From assembly GCA_037441675.1 (NCBI GenBank), contig JBBIRS010000001.1, positions 256,001 to 320,000 on the forward strand: a stretch of DNA of 64,000 nucleotides, read 5' to 3'. A model generated the notes under the pieces. That model saw only the letters and a list, made by a program, of their open reading frames with translations. It ran no database searches and was not told the DNA's origin. This stretch comes from Planctomycetales bacterium (GTDB taxonomy: Bacteria; 4484-113). Position numbers and translations under genes: made by a program. Shown in pieces: positions 28,662-38,347 of the stretch; position 1 is the stretch's first letter, and every line of letters begins with the position of its first letter.

Positions 28662-29357
28662 TCAATTTGAAACCCAATCACTCCGCTCACCGCCTGCGCC
28701 ACTCCTCATTTGAGCATTCTTCAGCTCCTCCTCATACTTTAGCTTATCGCCCTTTTGATACTCGCAGATGCCTTGGCGGATTACCCACTCATTCAGAAGC
28801 GTAGCCGTGTCTGCGCCAATCTCTCTTTCCTTAAACTTCTGCGTCTTGCCCTCTCTGTTAAGCCCCGTAACCCATACCCATGCCAGGAGCCTTCCATAGT
28901 TATCCATTGGCGGTTGCCCGCTTTCAAACTCAAGTTCAATCGCCTTGCCCTGTAGGAATTCTTCAATCTTATCCCTACCTGCTCGCGCCATTGGGTCAAC
29001 ATTCTCTAGCCAAACGCTCTCAACCCTACCGTTCTGCGTCTTTGTCTCTTTCCTCCAAATTTCAGGACCATCAACTCCGAGAAGTTGAACTCGCAAAATC
29101 TCGACACCGGTAAACTTTACTTCCAAAGTGTCCGCATCTATAACACGTACAAGCCTCGCAGGTATTTTAGAATTCGTCGCTAGCTCTTTAAGAAGTCCTT
29201 TACTAGGGATATTTATAGCCTGAGTTCTAATACTTCTCGTAAGACTTCCAAGGCGGTAAAGGAAAAATGGGGATAGGATTATCAAAGCCAGACAAATACT
29301 AAGGATAATACTTAAGTTTCTTCGCTTAGAAGTTCTACCTTTAGGTAGAGAATTCAT
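28662..29357 (-). CDS. Membrane-anchored thermonuclease (SNase) family protein
   Basis: N-terminal TM helix; VRVIDADT, LLGVDGPE and DNYGRLLAWV motifs. Confidence 0.8.
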   Translation of the reverse strand: MNSLPKGRTSKRRNLSIILSICLALIILSPFFLYRLGSLTRSIRTQAINIPSKGLLKELATNSKIPARLVRVIDADTLEVKFTGVEILRVQLLGVDGPEIWRKETKTQNGRVESVWLENVDPMARAGRDKIEEFLQGKAIELEFESGQPPMDNYGRLLAWVWVTGLNREGKTQKFKEREIGADTATLLNEWVIRQGICEYQKGDKLKYEEELKNAQMRSGAGGERSDWVSN

Positions 29358-29406
29358 TCCTGATTAAAATGCGAGTAGCATTTCACCAAAGCCAAAGATA
29401 ATTTGC

Positions 29407-30453
29407 CTAATCTTCCAAAGGTTCATCCGATTCATCTAGTCCCTCAACTTCGCAGGGTTCAGAAATAGTGTCCGCATCTCCTTTATGTGGCTGTTCAGCT
29501 TCAGACTTTACTTGACTTTCGGGTGCTTGTGATTCTATTTCCTCTTTCACCGGTTCAACTGGAGGAGGAGTTTTACGCACTACGATTTTAGTCTGCCCAA
29601 TTCTGATTTCATCCCCGTCATTGATCTGAATCCATTCATTGGGTGCGATTTTTCTGTCGTTGATGAAGGCTCCGTTGGTTGATGCTAGATCTTGAACCTT
29701 TAAGTACTCTAGATCAACATCAAGAAGCAGATGTTCACCGCTCACGTATCGGTCATCAGGAAAAGAAATGTCATTCCTCTCAGGCTTGCGACCAATACGG
29801 ATTTTGCCAAATGGAACCGCACGCCTCTCTTCGCCAATCAGTAACTCCCACGTGCTTGTTATTTCAATGAGATTTTGTGAGGATGGCTCTTCCTCTGATT
29901 TCTCAGGGATACTAGTTTTCTCTAGCTCATCTTCATCCGATGAGGAAGCAACATCAATGCTCGCGGAAACACCAGCCGAAGATATAAATGTAACTTCCCC
30001 ATCAAGCTCGCCAAATTTTAACTTAGAGCTTTCAGGAATTTCCTTTTCTTCATTAGGTGAAAGTCTGACACCATCCAAGAAAGTTCCATTGGTGGAACCT
30101 AAATCAACTAAGTAAGCCTTACCATGCTCAATCTTGATCTTTGAATGCCTTCTAGAAAGATAGGGATTGGCAATTACAATATCTCCCTCATTTCTGCCGA
30201 TTACATATTCACCCTCGGAAAGCTCATACACTTCTTCACCGATTTTGAGTTTCAAGATAGGTTCTTTCTTTTCAGTACGCCCTATTGCTTTCGCCCATGA
30301 ACCCCTTTCATATCCGCATGTCGGGCAGTACTTTTCACTTTCCAAAATAGCCTGACCACAGTTAGGGCAGTTCCGCTCCAATTTCTCTTGCGGAACTTCT
30401 ATCTGCTCCAATGGTTCTGTCCCCATTATTTTTGTTTTCTCCTCCAAGTTCAC
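29407..30453 (-). CDS. Zinc-ribbon plus tandem FHA-domain protein
   Basis: CPNC..CPTC; two FHA domains (IGR..SRRH..STNG and IGR..SGEH..STNG). Confidence 0.88.
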   Translation of the reverse strand: MNLEEKTKIMGTEPLEQIEVPQEKLERNCPNCGQAILESEKYCPTCGYERGSWAKAIGRTEKKEPILKLKIGEEVYELSEGEYVIGRNEGDIVIANPYLSRRHSKIKIEHGKAYLVDLGSTNGTFLDGVRLSPNEEKEIPESSKLKFGELDGEVTFISSAGVSASIDVASSSDEDELEKTSIPEKSEEEPSSQNLIEITSTWELLIGEERRAVPFGKIRIGRKPERNDISFPDDRYVSGEHLLLDVDLEYLKVQDLASTNGAFINDRKIAPNEWIQINDGDEIRIGQTKIVVRKTPPPVEPVKEEIESQAPESQVKSEAEQPHKGDADTISEPCEVEGLDESDEPLED

Positions 30454-30503
30454 TTCTCCCTGGCTTTTGAACTAGTTACCATTATTGTATCAGTAAACCC
30501 AAT

Positions 30504-31127
30504 TTAGTTCATAGATTCTCTCTTACGCTTCTTTCTAACTATCAGATATATGATGACGCCCAAAATAGCAAGTATAACGAGAATGTCGATCAATTCAGTA
30601 TAGCGTTTAATCTCGCGCCAATTTTCGCCCAGAATCAATCCCGCGTAGGTTAAAAGGTATGCCCATGGAATTGAGCCAACAAATGTGAGAATGCAAAAGC
30701 TAGGGAAGTTCATCTTGGCTAACCCTGCGGGCAGAGAAATGTAAGTCCTAACTATCGGCATCATCCTGGTAAAGAAAACAGTTGCCCCTCCCCATTTTTC
30801 AAAGAATTTCTCCGCGATTCTTAATTCGTGCTCTCGCAAGAAGATGTACTTTTTGTATCGAAGGACGAAGGATCTTCCGCCAAAGTATCCGACCACATAA
30901 GCGACTATACTTCCGAGGAGGTTACCGAAAGCGCCGGCAAATGCAACAGCGTGCAGGTTCAGTTTGCCAGTAGAGACCAGAAAGCCTGAGAAAGGCATAA
31001 TAATCTCAGAGGGCAACGGAATGCAGGCGCTTTCAATCGCCATTAGGATGATGATGCCGGGATAGCCAGTTGTGCCAATTATGTTCGATACGAACTGCAC
31101 GAGGGAGTCAATGATATTTGCAATCAT
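30504..31127 (-). CDS. DedA family membrane protein
   Basis: ESACIPLPSEIIMPFSG and RMMPIVRTYISLPAG motifs. Confidence 0.92.
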   Translation of the reverse strand: MIANIIDSLVQFVSNIIGTTGYPGIIILMAIESACIPLPSEIIMPFSGFLVSTGKLNLHAVAFAGAFGNLLGSIVAYVVGYFGGRSFVLRYKKYIFLREHELRIAEKFFEKWGGATVFFTRMMPIVRTYISLPAGLAKMNFPSFCILTFVGSIPWAYLLTYAGLILGENWREIKRYTELIDILVILAILGVIIYLIVRKKRKRESMN

Positions 31128-31143
31128 TCAGGGTGAGGATTGT

Positions 31144-31347
31144 AGCAGAAGGCAAAGCAACAATCCACCGGTTAGCTTTGGTCTTGAAAGGCTCGGGGGG
31201 AGAGCTTGCCCCGCCGTCATTTCGGCGCGATACGAGTTCGCGCCCTAAAGTAGCTTTATTTGGATCACACCCGTCTCGCCCGTGTCCTTTCCCACACGCC
31301 GGAGGCAAGCCAACAGCCGACAAGCACCCCGTTATTGCCTCTTCACT
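31144..31347 (-). ncRNA. Unassigned structured RNA candidate (long rod with terminal hairpins)
   Basis: GC-rich intergenic block with nested complementary segments and G-U pairs that favour the minus strand. Confidence 0.45.
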
Positions 31348-31369
31348 CAAAGACGCCCCTTAGAGTCTG

Positions 31370-32206
31370 TCACTCTAATGGCTCTCCACTCTCTTGGCTC
31401 TCCGCTCCCTCATCATCCTCGCCCGTCTTGCTATCTCCATTCTCATCTCTCTCTTCTTCTCCATCTTTCCCATCTTCGCCACTTCCGCCCACCTCAACCG
31501 CCTCTCCCCCATCTTCAGTCCCCCCTTCCCCAGCGGCTTCTCCCCCTTCCACTTCGCCGTTCTCCTTCTTCCCCTCTTCATCTACCTTACTGCCATTAGA
31601 CTTTTTAGCTTCTTCAGCTTTCTCCGCATCTGTCTGTTCTTCAACAGGCTTCTCCTCTTCAAGCTTTTCCTCTTCTTCACCTTCCTCAGGCGGGCTCAAT
31701 TCTTCTATCTTGTATGTTCCTTTTGCGATCTGTTCTGCGAGTTCGTCATCAGGATTGTAAGGATAATCTAAAGCGTTCTCCTTCTTGATATGTCCAAGGC
31801 TCACATCAAGATGAGTAGCTGGACTTGTCATAGGCTCCACTCTATTGCTTTCCAAATCGTGCTTCCAACGATAGATAAGCCTACTCTTGCCATCTGGTGT
31901 AACCACTGTCCAAAGAAAGTACTTTACGCCCTCCTTTATATAAGGCTCGCTTTCCATTACTTCAAAATGGTCATTCTTAAGTTTCTCAAAGAATCGAGCA
32001 TACTCTTCTATTCTCAAGTTTGCCGGCGAGAAATCCTTGCGTTCAATCTCGGCGAGAACTTGAATCATATATAGGGCGATTATCGTATAGATAATGGCGA
32101 AGAGGAAAAAGAAAACCCCAAAAATTATGCCTATCGTTGAAAGAAAAGGGCTTTCCTCAAGAGTGAATTTTCTACGCTTTCCGAGCAGTTTAATGCTAGC
32201 TTTCAT
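31370..32206 (-). CDS. Single-TM hypothetical protein with long acidic Glu/Gly-rich disordered tail
   Basis: Start set at ATG 32206 (AGGAG upstream); one TM helix; about 100-aa E/G/D-rich C-terminus. Confidence 0.7.
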   Translation of the reverse strand: MKASIKLLGKRRKFTLEESPFLSTIGIIFGVFFFLFAIIYTIIALYMIQVLAEIERKDFSPANLRIEEYARFFEKLKNDHFEVMESEPYIKEGVKYFLWTVVTPDGKSRLIYRWKHDLESNRVEPMTSPATHLDVSLGHIKKENALDYPYNPDDELAEQIAKGTYKIEELSPPEEGEEEEKLEEEKPVEEQTDAEKAEEAKKSNGSKVDEEGKKENGEVEGGEAAGEGGTEDGGEAVEVGGSGEDGKDGEEERDENGDSKTGEDDEGAESQESGEPLE

Positions 32207-32281
32207 AGGACTCCTGCTAAATATAGTTGTAAGTTTAATTTGGGGTAGAAGTTCCAAACGTTAGTGAATTTTTGGGAAAGC

Positions 32282-33022
32282 CTAAAGGGTAGGAAGCTCA
32301 TTTCCCATTCTTTCAGTGATTAGCGCCTCAAAACCGTTCTTTTCCAGAATTGATGCGGTTTCTGCGGCTTCGTCAAGATTCAAAAAGACTGCCTCAACAA
32401 ATACAGAGTTTCCAATAACCAAAACATCAAGGTCAATTCCTTCTGGTATCTTTCCGCTTTCTAAAATTTCAAAGGCAGTCTCAACATCATCCACGTTCTT
32501 GAGTGTCACAGCGTAAACCCTTGGTATTTCCTCATCACCAGCCTTCTTAATATCAAGGGAAAGCTTCGCGGGATCATCTATCTCTATCACCTTGAAGAGA
32601 ACAGGCTCATTCACGAAAATTTGAATTACCTTTATAGTATTGTCAGGGGTCGTTACAATAGAAAGCGGAAGAGAATTTTCTGATTCAATGTTCGCGCGTT
32701 CGTAAAAGGTGACACCTTCCAAGGTGATAACAAATCTATAGGGATACTTCTTGTATTCAATCTTATAAGGTGGGTGCCAGGGTGCGCCTATGGTTGATGT
32801 TCTTGTTTGCTGGAAGAGGTCAAAAACAACGCGTAGAAAATCGGAATGTTTGCCGAATCTAATCCCTGAAAGAATTGCTCCAGCGAGAGGTTTACCGCCT
32901 GCAAAAAATCCTTGCTTTTTGAACTGGGCAGGAACAACCTTCTCTCCTTGTGCGTCCACCAAAGACCCACAGAGGATTATGGCTGAGGCGACAAAAGCCA
33001 AAGCCGAAGCAAAATTTCGCAT
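32282..33022 (-). CDS. Secreted protein, AMIN-like domain
   Basis: Signal peptide; IRFGKHSDFLRVVFDL and DDPAKLSLDI resemble AMIN-type strands. Confidence 0.6.
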   Translation of the reverse strand: MRNFASALAFVASAIILCGSLVDAQGEKVVPAQFKKQGFFAGGKPLAGAILSGIRFGKHSDFLRVVFDLFQQTRTSTIGAPWHPPYKIEYKKYPYRFVITLEGVTFYERANIESENSLPLSIVTTPDNTIKVIQIFVNEPVLFKVIEIDDPAKLSLDIKKAGDEEIPRVYAVTLKNVDDVETAFEILESGKIPEGIDLDVLVIGNSVFVEAVFLNLDEAAETASILEKNGFEALITERMGNELPTL

Positions 33023-33275
33023 CTTACTAAGTTTACTTGCTGAAAGGGAAGACTGTCAAATTCACGTTTTCGTAGGAGCTATCTGCGTGAAAAAAGTGAG
33101 TAGTTGACCTATTAAGCTTGACAGCTTGAAGTTTCTCTCCTTCCTTAGCTGTTATCTTGGACGCTTCGTGAATTTTTGGTTTTAATTTCTTCGGGTATCT
33201 CTTGTGATAAAATATCAACGACTAGTTTCGTTTATTTTCGTCATAAAATCCCTTAAGTAGTTAAAGGGGCAAGCT

Positions 33276-34319
33276 ATTTTTGGAGGAGAACTAAGCGGGC
33301 TTATACTTATTTTAGGAGTTTTATCATTTCTAACATCTCTCCTCTTTACGCCTGCGGTCATCTTTCTCTGTAAAAAGCTCAGCCTTTATGATCAGGTCAA
33401 CGAACGCAAAGTTCATCGTGGCAATATCCCCAGGCTTGGAGGGCTTAGCATTTTTATTACTTCCTTTATCATCACTTTACTTGCAGTTATGCTAACTCCT
33501 CAAGGGTATATACTGCTAAGCTCTTCCCAGCTATTCGCATTACTTCTTGGGGCTGTGTTATTTTTCGCCCTGGGATTTCTTGATGACCTCTTCAACATTC
33601 CCGCTCATATCAGGCTTCTCTGCCAGTTAGCTTTTGCTTTTTTAGTGGCAATTTACGGCGTAAGAATAGACTGGCTCTTCGGCATTATCGCACTGCCAAA
33701 ACCCCTTTCCGTTATCCTAACTTGTCTTTGGATTGTTGGCATGGTTAACGCCATCAATTTCATAGACGGGCTTGATGGTTTAGCGGGCGGTATCTCTGCC
33801 ATTGCGCTCTTTGCGGTTGTAGTTATCTCAATGGTCAGAGGTGAATACTTTTTTGCCCTTCTCGCGCTAGTCCTAGTGGGTGTGCTTCTTGGTTTTCTGC
33901 CGTTTAACTTCTTCCCAGCGAAAATCTTTTTAGGCGATGGCGGAGCAATGTTTCTTGGCTACATTCTCTCAGCAATATCCATATTAGGTTTCTTCAAACA
34001 GACCGCCCTTATCGTTTTTTTGATTCCAATTCTTCTCTTCCTCTTCCCGATAGTAGACACAACTTTTGCAATTCTCAGACGAATTGTGAGAGGTCAAGCT
34101 CCACTAGTTGCGGATAAAAAGCATATCCATCACAGACTCCTTCTAGTCTTTTCAAGGGCAGAGAGAAGAAAAGCTCTACGCAACGGTATAACAATTAACG
34201 ACTCGCTCAACGCCATCCTAGAAGGTCTAGCTCATAGAAATACCGTCCTTATCCTCTATTTAATTACCGCTCTGCTAGCAGTAATTGCGATTTATTCCGG
34301 TGTTAGGACATTTCGCTAA
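33276..34319 (+). CDS. WecA/TagO (MraY-like, glycosyltransferase family 4) undecaprenyl-phosphate GlcNAc-1-P transferase; probable ATT start
   Basis: GFLDDL, NAINFIDGLDGLA, IFLGDGG and HIHHRL motifs. The conserved RKVH..IPRLGG segment lies upstream of the first ATG (33489) in the same open frame. Confidence 0.85.
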   Translation: MFGGELSGLILILGVLSFLTSLLFTPAVIFLCKKLSLYDQVNERKVHRGNIPRLGGLSIFITSFIITLLAVMLTPQGYILLSSSQLFALLLGAVLFFALGFLDDLFNIPAHIRLLCQLAFAFLVAIYGVRIDWLFGIIALPKPLSVILTCLWIVGMVNAINFIDGLDGLAGGISAIALFAVVVISMVRGEYFFALLALVLVGVLLGFLPFNFFPAKIFLGDGGAMFLGYILSAISILGFFKQTALIVFLIPILLFLFPIVDTTFAILRRIVRGQAPLVADKKHIHHRLLLVFSRAERRKALRNGITINDSLNAILEGLAHRNTVLILYLITALLAVIAIYSGVRTFR

Positions 34320-34406
34320 TCAAGAGTAGCACGAGTCTCTCTCCCTTCATCTTCCTATCTAAAAAAAGGCGCTTAAACATCTTTGCTAAGCATCGAAGAG
34401 AAAAAC

Positions 34407-34850
34407 CTAGAGATACTTTCCCCGGTGGAAAACGCTTAATTCGCTTAGTCTATGAGTGTATTTCTTGACGTAAGGTATCATCAAGGCTAAGCTCTTAGCC
34501 AGAAGAACTAAGATGCCGACAATTGCTTGAAAGAGGCCAAGTCTTGCAATTAGGAGAATTGTTTCATCGGAAAACGATTCTGCCCAGCGCAAGTAATGCA
34601 CGAGAAATGGAATGAAGACCGCGCTAATTATTATTAAGAGAGCGCAGATAACTAGCAAGAATCTAATCATCCATCTAGCCTCTTCTTTCTGAACAATTCC
34701 CCTTCCAGGTATTATCAGTATAGAAAAATAAATTGCAAGGCTAATGGCAATAAAAAGTTTCTGCGTCATAGCGAAGGCTTCTTCCGACTTTATCAATTGA
34801 AATTTAATTAGCATAGGAAGAAAAGCCACGCTAAGGAGTAATCCAAGCAA
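34407..34850 (-). CDS. Hypothetical membrane protein (start may be up to about 34910)
   Basis: About four hydrophobic segments; the frame is open upstream to a stop at 34920-34922. Confidence 0.55.
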   Translation of the reverse strand: MLGLLLSVAFLPMLIKFQLIKSEEAFAMTQKLFIAISLAIYFSILIIPGRGIVQKEEARWMIRFLLVICALLIIISAVFIPFLVHYLRWAESFSDETILLIARLGLFQAIVGILVLLAKSLALMIPYVKKYTHRLSELSVFHRGKYL

Positions 34851-35158
34851 TGAAAGAGCTCTATATGCAAGTACTACGTTTGGCTTCGGCTTTTTCTTAA
34901 TCCTTAAGATAGCTTTATTTTACCGTAAAATTCTTTTTTGGGGGAAGCCCTCTTATCGCTCATAACAACTCTCATCTTTCTTTTTTCTTTGGGGGGCTTG
35001 TGGTAAAATTCTTTCCCTGACCTTGTTAATTCATTCACTTACCCTTAGAGATTTTTATCTGGAAATATAACTAGATTTTTCTAGGTAAAATTATTAAATT
35101 GTTGCAAGTAATACAAGGATTTATGGCTTAGGATACTTTATATTTTTGGCTATTTACG

Positions 35159-35545
35159 ATGATAGAAGAATTTTTCCCATTCCTAATTTATATTGTTGTT
35201 CTCATACTTATAGCCATAGTAATGGTAGCGCTCTCCCACCTCTTGAGTCCCAAAAGGGTTCCCGTTTCTCCTGAATGGGGAAGGGCTTACGAATGCGGGC
35301 TTATTACTGATGGCCTTCCGCAGGATAGGTATCCTATAAAGTATTACTTAGTTGCGATACTATTTGTTATTTTTGATTTAGAGGCAATTTTCCTCTACCC
35401 GTGGGCGGTAACGTTCTCTTCCTTTAAGGAAAGCGGGAATAGTGCTTTTTGGTTTATCGAAATGTTTATCTTTATCTTTATTCTTCTGGTGGGCTACCTT
35501 TATATCGTTTCCAAAGGAGTATTTCTATGGTCGGAGGAAGAGTAA
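35159..35545 (+). CDS. nuoA: NADH-quinone oxidoreductase subunit A
   Basis: YECG and [22 protein letters not shown]. Confidence 0.95.
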   Translation: MIEEFFPFLIYIVVLILIAIVMVALSHLLSPKRVPVSPEWGRAYECGLITDGLPQDRYPIKYYLVAILFVIFDLEAIFLYPWAVTFSSFKESGNSAFWFIEMFIFIFILLVGYLYIVSKGVFLWSEEE

Positions 35546-36120
35546 ACTCAAAGAATGTAAGAGGCATCACTTTAGATTATAAACCCCTCTTAGTAAGTGA
35601 TGAAGATGCAAATATTGCCGAATCGGGGATACTAGTCACAAGGCTGAAAAAGCTGATAGGCTGGCTTCAGGGGAATTCAATCTGGCCTTTAACTTTCGGG
35701 CTTGCCTGTTGCGCATTTGAAATGATGAGCGCATCAGCAAGTAGGTTTGATATTGCGCGGTTTGGCTCTGAGGTTTTCCGCGCAAGCCCAAGGCAGGCTG
35801 ACCTGATGATTGTTCCAGGAAGGCTCTCATGGAAAATGGCGCCAATTATGCGAGAGCTTTATAACCAGATGCCGTTTCCTAAATGGGTGATAAGCATGGG
35901 GGCTTGCGCATCCTGCGGTGGAGTATTTACGACCTATTCAATAGTTCATGGGGTTGACCATATTGTTCCTGTGGATATGTACGTTCCCGGCTGTCCACCC
36001 AGGCCTGAGGCGCTTCTTGATGCATTAATAAAATTGCAAAATAAGATAAGAAGCGGAAATTACGTCCCAGCCTATGCCCGCTATCCCTGGAACAAGTGGC
36101 TCAAGGAGGGTAGTTTCTAA
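35527..36120 (+). CDS. nuoB: NADH-quinone oxidoreductase subunit B
   Basis: [23 protein letters not shown]; start placed at ATG 35527. Confidence 0.95.
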   Translation: MVGGRVNSKNVRGITLDYKPLLVSDEDANIAESGILVTRLKKLIGWLQGNSIWPLTFGLACCAFEMMSASASRFDIARFGSEVFRASPRQADLMIVPGRLSWKMAPIMRELYNQMPFPKWVISMGACASCGGVFTTYSIVHGVDHIVPVDMYVPGCPPRPEALLDALIKLQNKIRSGNYVPAYARYPWNKWLKEGSF

Positions 36121-37865
36121 TGTCTCATGTTAATGAGCGCGGGCTCATTTCGGTAATTTCCAGCCTAAATGAGAAAGTTCAGGCGGAACTTAAGTTTCCT
36201 GCCAAGCTGGAAGAGATTAACGGAGATTTTGTGTTAAATATAGGAAAAGAACATCTAAGAACTGCGGTTCTTTTCTTAAAGGATACTTCTGGCTTAGACT
36301 TTGATTACTTCTCTTTTGTGACCGCGGTAGACAGGCATCCCCAATCTCCCCGTTTTGAACTAATCTACAACTTCTACTCTACAAAGCATCATCATTGGAT
36401 AAGGCTTAAGACCCTACTTCAGGATGGGGAGCAAATCGAGACTATCTCAGACATTTTCAAAGGAGCAAACTGGCACGAACGGGAGGTCTTTGACCTATTT
36501 GGGATTAAGTTCACAAACCACCCCGATTTGCGCAGAATTGTAACATCTGATAACTGGTACGGACATCCGCTAAGAAAGGGGTACAGTCATACTGGCGAAC
36601 CAGCTTGGGCGGTAGGAACTAATGTCCTTCAAAATGTAGCGGAGAGTGGTATACCTACACAAAGTTCTCGTGTAAAAGCGGAAGAACCCACGAGACGGAT
36701 TATCCTAAATATGGGCCCTCAACACCCAGCAACTCATGGGGTTTTGCGCCTCGCTGTGGAACTTGAAGGCGAAAAAATACTTAACTGCGTTCCGCACATT
36801 GGCTACCTACATACTGGAATTGAAAAGCTCTCGGAGCATCACAACTGGACCCAAAACGTGACGCATTACGCCAGGATGGATTACGCTTCTCCAATGAACA
36901 ACGAATTTGCATATTCTCTTTCATTGGAGAAGTTGATACCGGGCTTGGAAGTGCCCAAACGTGCGCAGTACATCAGGGTTATGATGAGCGAGCTTACAAG
37001 GATAATCTCTCATCTGGTATGGCTTGGGACACACGCAATGGACATAGGCGCTCAGAGCGTCTTTCTCTACTGCTTCGCGGAGAGGGAAAAAATCGTGGAC
37101 CTTTACGAGATGATTGGCGGTCAAAGGATGATGACATCTTACATTAGAATTGGCGGATGTGCCTTTGATATGCCTGAGGACTTTCCGGAAGCAGTTCGCG
37201 CCTGGGCGAAAGATTTCCTTGCTAACCTCAAGATTTGTGAAGATCTGCTCACCGAAAACCCCATATGGAGAGAAAGAACAGTTGGGATTGGGATTCTTTC
37301 CAAGGATGATGCGCTTTCATATGGAGTCTCAGGTCCAATGGCTAGAGGTTCCGGGATCGATTTTGACCTTCGGAGGGATGGCCCCTACTCAAGCTACGAG
37401 GAGTTTGAATTTGACGTTCCCGTTGAAAATGGCTGTGATGTCTATTCCCGTTACCTTGTGAGAATTGAAGAGATGAAGCAAGCTTATCGGATAGTTTTGA
37501 AGGCTCTTGAAAAAATAAAAGAAACGGAGCCGGGAACATACCTTTCAAAGCAGTACAAATACGCCCCGCCGAGAAGGGAGGACATTAATTCATCCATTGA
37601 GGAACTTATTCACCATTTCAAATACTGGACGGATGGAATCTGGGTTCCAGAGGGCGAGGCATACGCATTCATTGAGGGTAGCAAGGGAGAACTTGGCTTT
37701 TACTGCGTTTCTAACGGAACCTCTCATCCCGTCAGGGTAAAGGTTAGAGGACCTTCATTTTCCAATTTATCACCCATTTCTGAAATGGCAAGAGGACATT
37801 TAGTTGCGGATTTAGTGGCAATCATCGGAAGTATTGACATAGTCCTTGGAGAGGTGGATAGGTAA
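36120..37865 (+). CDS. nuoCD: NADH-quinone oxidoreductase fused subunit C/D
   Basis: NuoC motifs WHEREVFDLFG and GHPLRK, then NuoD motifs NMGPQHPATHGVLRL and GEVDR. Confidence 0.95.
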   Translation: MSHVNERGLISVISSLNEKVQAELKFPAKLEEINGDFVLNIGKEHLRTAVLFLKDTSGLDFDYFSFVTAVDRHPQSPRFELIYNFYSTKHHHWIRLKTLLQDGEQIETISDIFKGANWHEREVFDLFGIKFTNHPDLRRIVTSDNWYGHPLRKGYSHTGEPAWAVGTNVLQNVAESGIPTQSSRVKAEEPTRRIILNMGPQHPATHGVLRLAVELEGEKILNCVPHIGYLHTGIEKLSEHHNWTQNVTHYARMDYASPMNNEFAYSLSLEKLIPGLEVPKRAQYIRVMMSELTRIISHLVWLGTHAMDIGAQSVFLYCFAEREKIVDLYEMIGGQRMMTSYIRIGGCAFDMPEDFPEAVRAWAKDFLANLKICEDLLTENPIWRERTVGIGILSKDDALSYGVSGPMARGSGIDFDLRRDGPYSSYEEFEFDVPVENGCDVYSRYLVRIEEMKQAYRIVLKALEKIKETEPGTYLSKQYKYAPPRREDINSSIEELIHHFKYWTDGIWVPEGEAYAFIEGSKGELGFYCVSNGTSHPVRVKVRGPSFSNLSPISEMARGHLVADLVAIIGSIDIVLGEVDR

Positions 37866-38345
37866 ATGGAATCACTAGCACTTCACGAGGCGGTTAAGAA
37901 ATTTGTGGAGGAGCGAATCTCCAAATATCCCACAAAGAGGAGCTTACTCGTTCCCACGCTTCTTCTCGCTCAGGAGTATCACGGCGGTTACATTAGCCCC
38001 GAGCTTGTTAAGAGCATTGCGAAATACCTTGAAGTTCCGGAGCAGGAGGTTCACTCAACCGCATCCTTTTATTCACTCTTGAATAAGCACAAAGTTGGTA
38101 GGCACACCATTATGGCTTGTCATAACGTTTCTTGTTACTTGCGCGGTGGTGATAGTTTGATCAAGAAACTAGAGGAAAAACTTGGAATTAAAGTCGGGCA
38201 AACCACTCCTGATGGTCGGTTTACTCTTATCAGTGTTGAATGTATCGCTGCCTGCGGTGGCGCGCCAGCAATGATTATTGATAAGGACTACTTTGAGAAT
38301 ATGACTGAAGAAAAACTTGACGAGGTTCTAGCGAAATTCACCTAA
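37866..38345 (+). CDS. nuoE: NADH-quinone oxidoreductase subunit E
   Basis: [2Fe-2S] ligands CHNVSC and ECIAAC. Confidence 0.93.
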   Translation: MESLALHEAVKKFVEERISKYPTKRSLLVPTLLLAQEYHGGYISPELVKSIAKYLEVPEQEVHSTASFYSLLNKHKVGRHTIMACHNVSCYLRGGDSLIKKLEEKLGIKVGQTTPDGRFTLISVECIAACGGAPAMIIDKDYFENMTEEKLDEVLAKFT

Positions 38346-38347
38346 GT

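Noticed and set aside
31144..31347. TPP or c-di-AMP riboswitch, RNase P, SRP or tmRNA
   Set aside because: Only fragments resemble them (GGGGTGC, TGATC..TAGGG, CCGAGCC..AGCTAACC). The required CTGAGA, the TPP stem pairings and other core motifs are absent.
31108..31771. ORFs 31108..31350, 31118..31363, 31260..31760, 31282..31599, 31375..31581 and 31394..31771
   Set aside because: Shadow frames of the GC-rich structured block and of the low-complexity acidic tail of the real minus-strand gene.
33033..33218. 61-aa minus-strand ORF
   Set aside because: No RBS or recognisable motif; it lies in a divergent promoter region.
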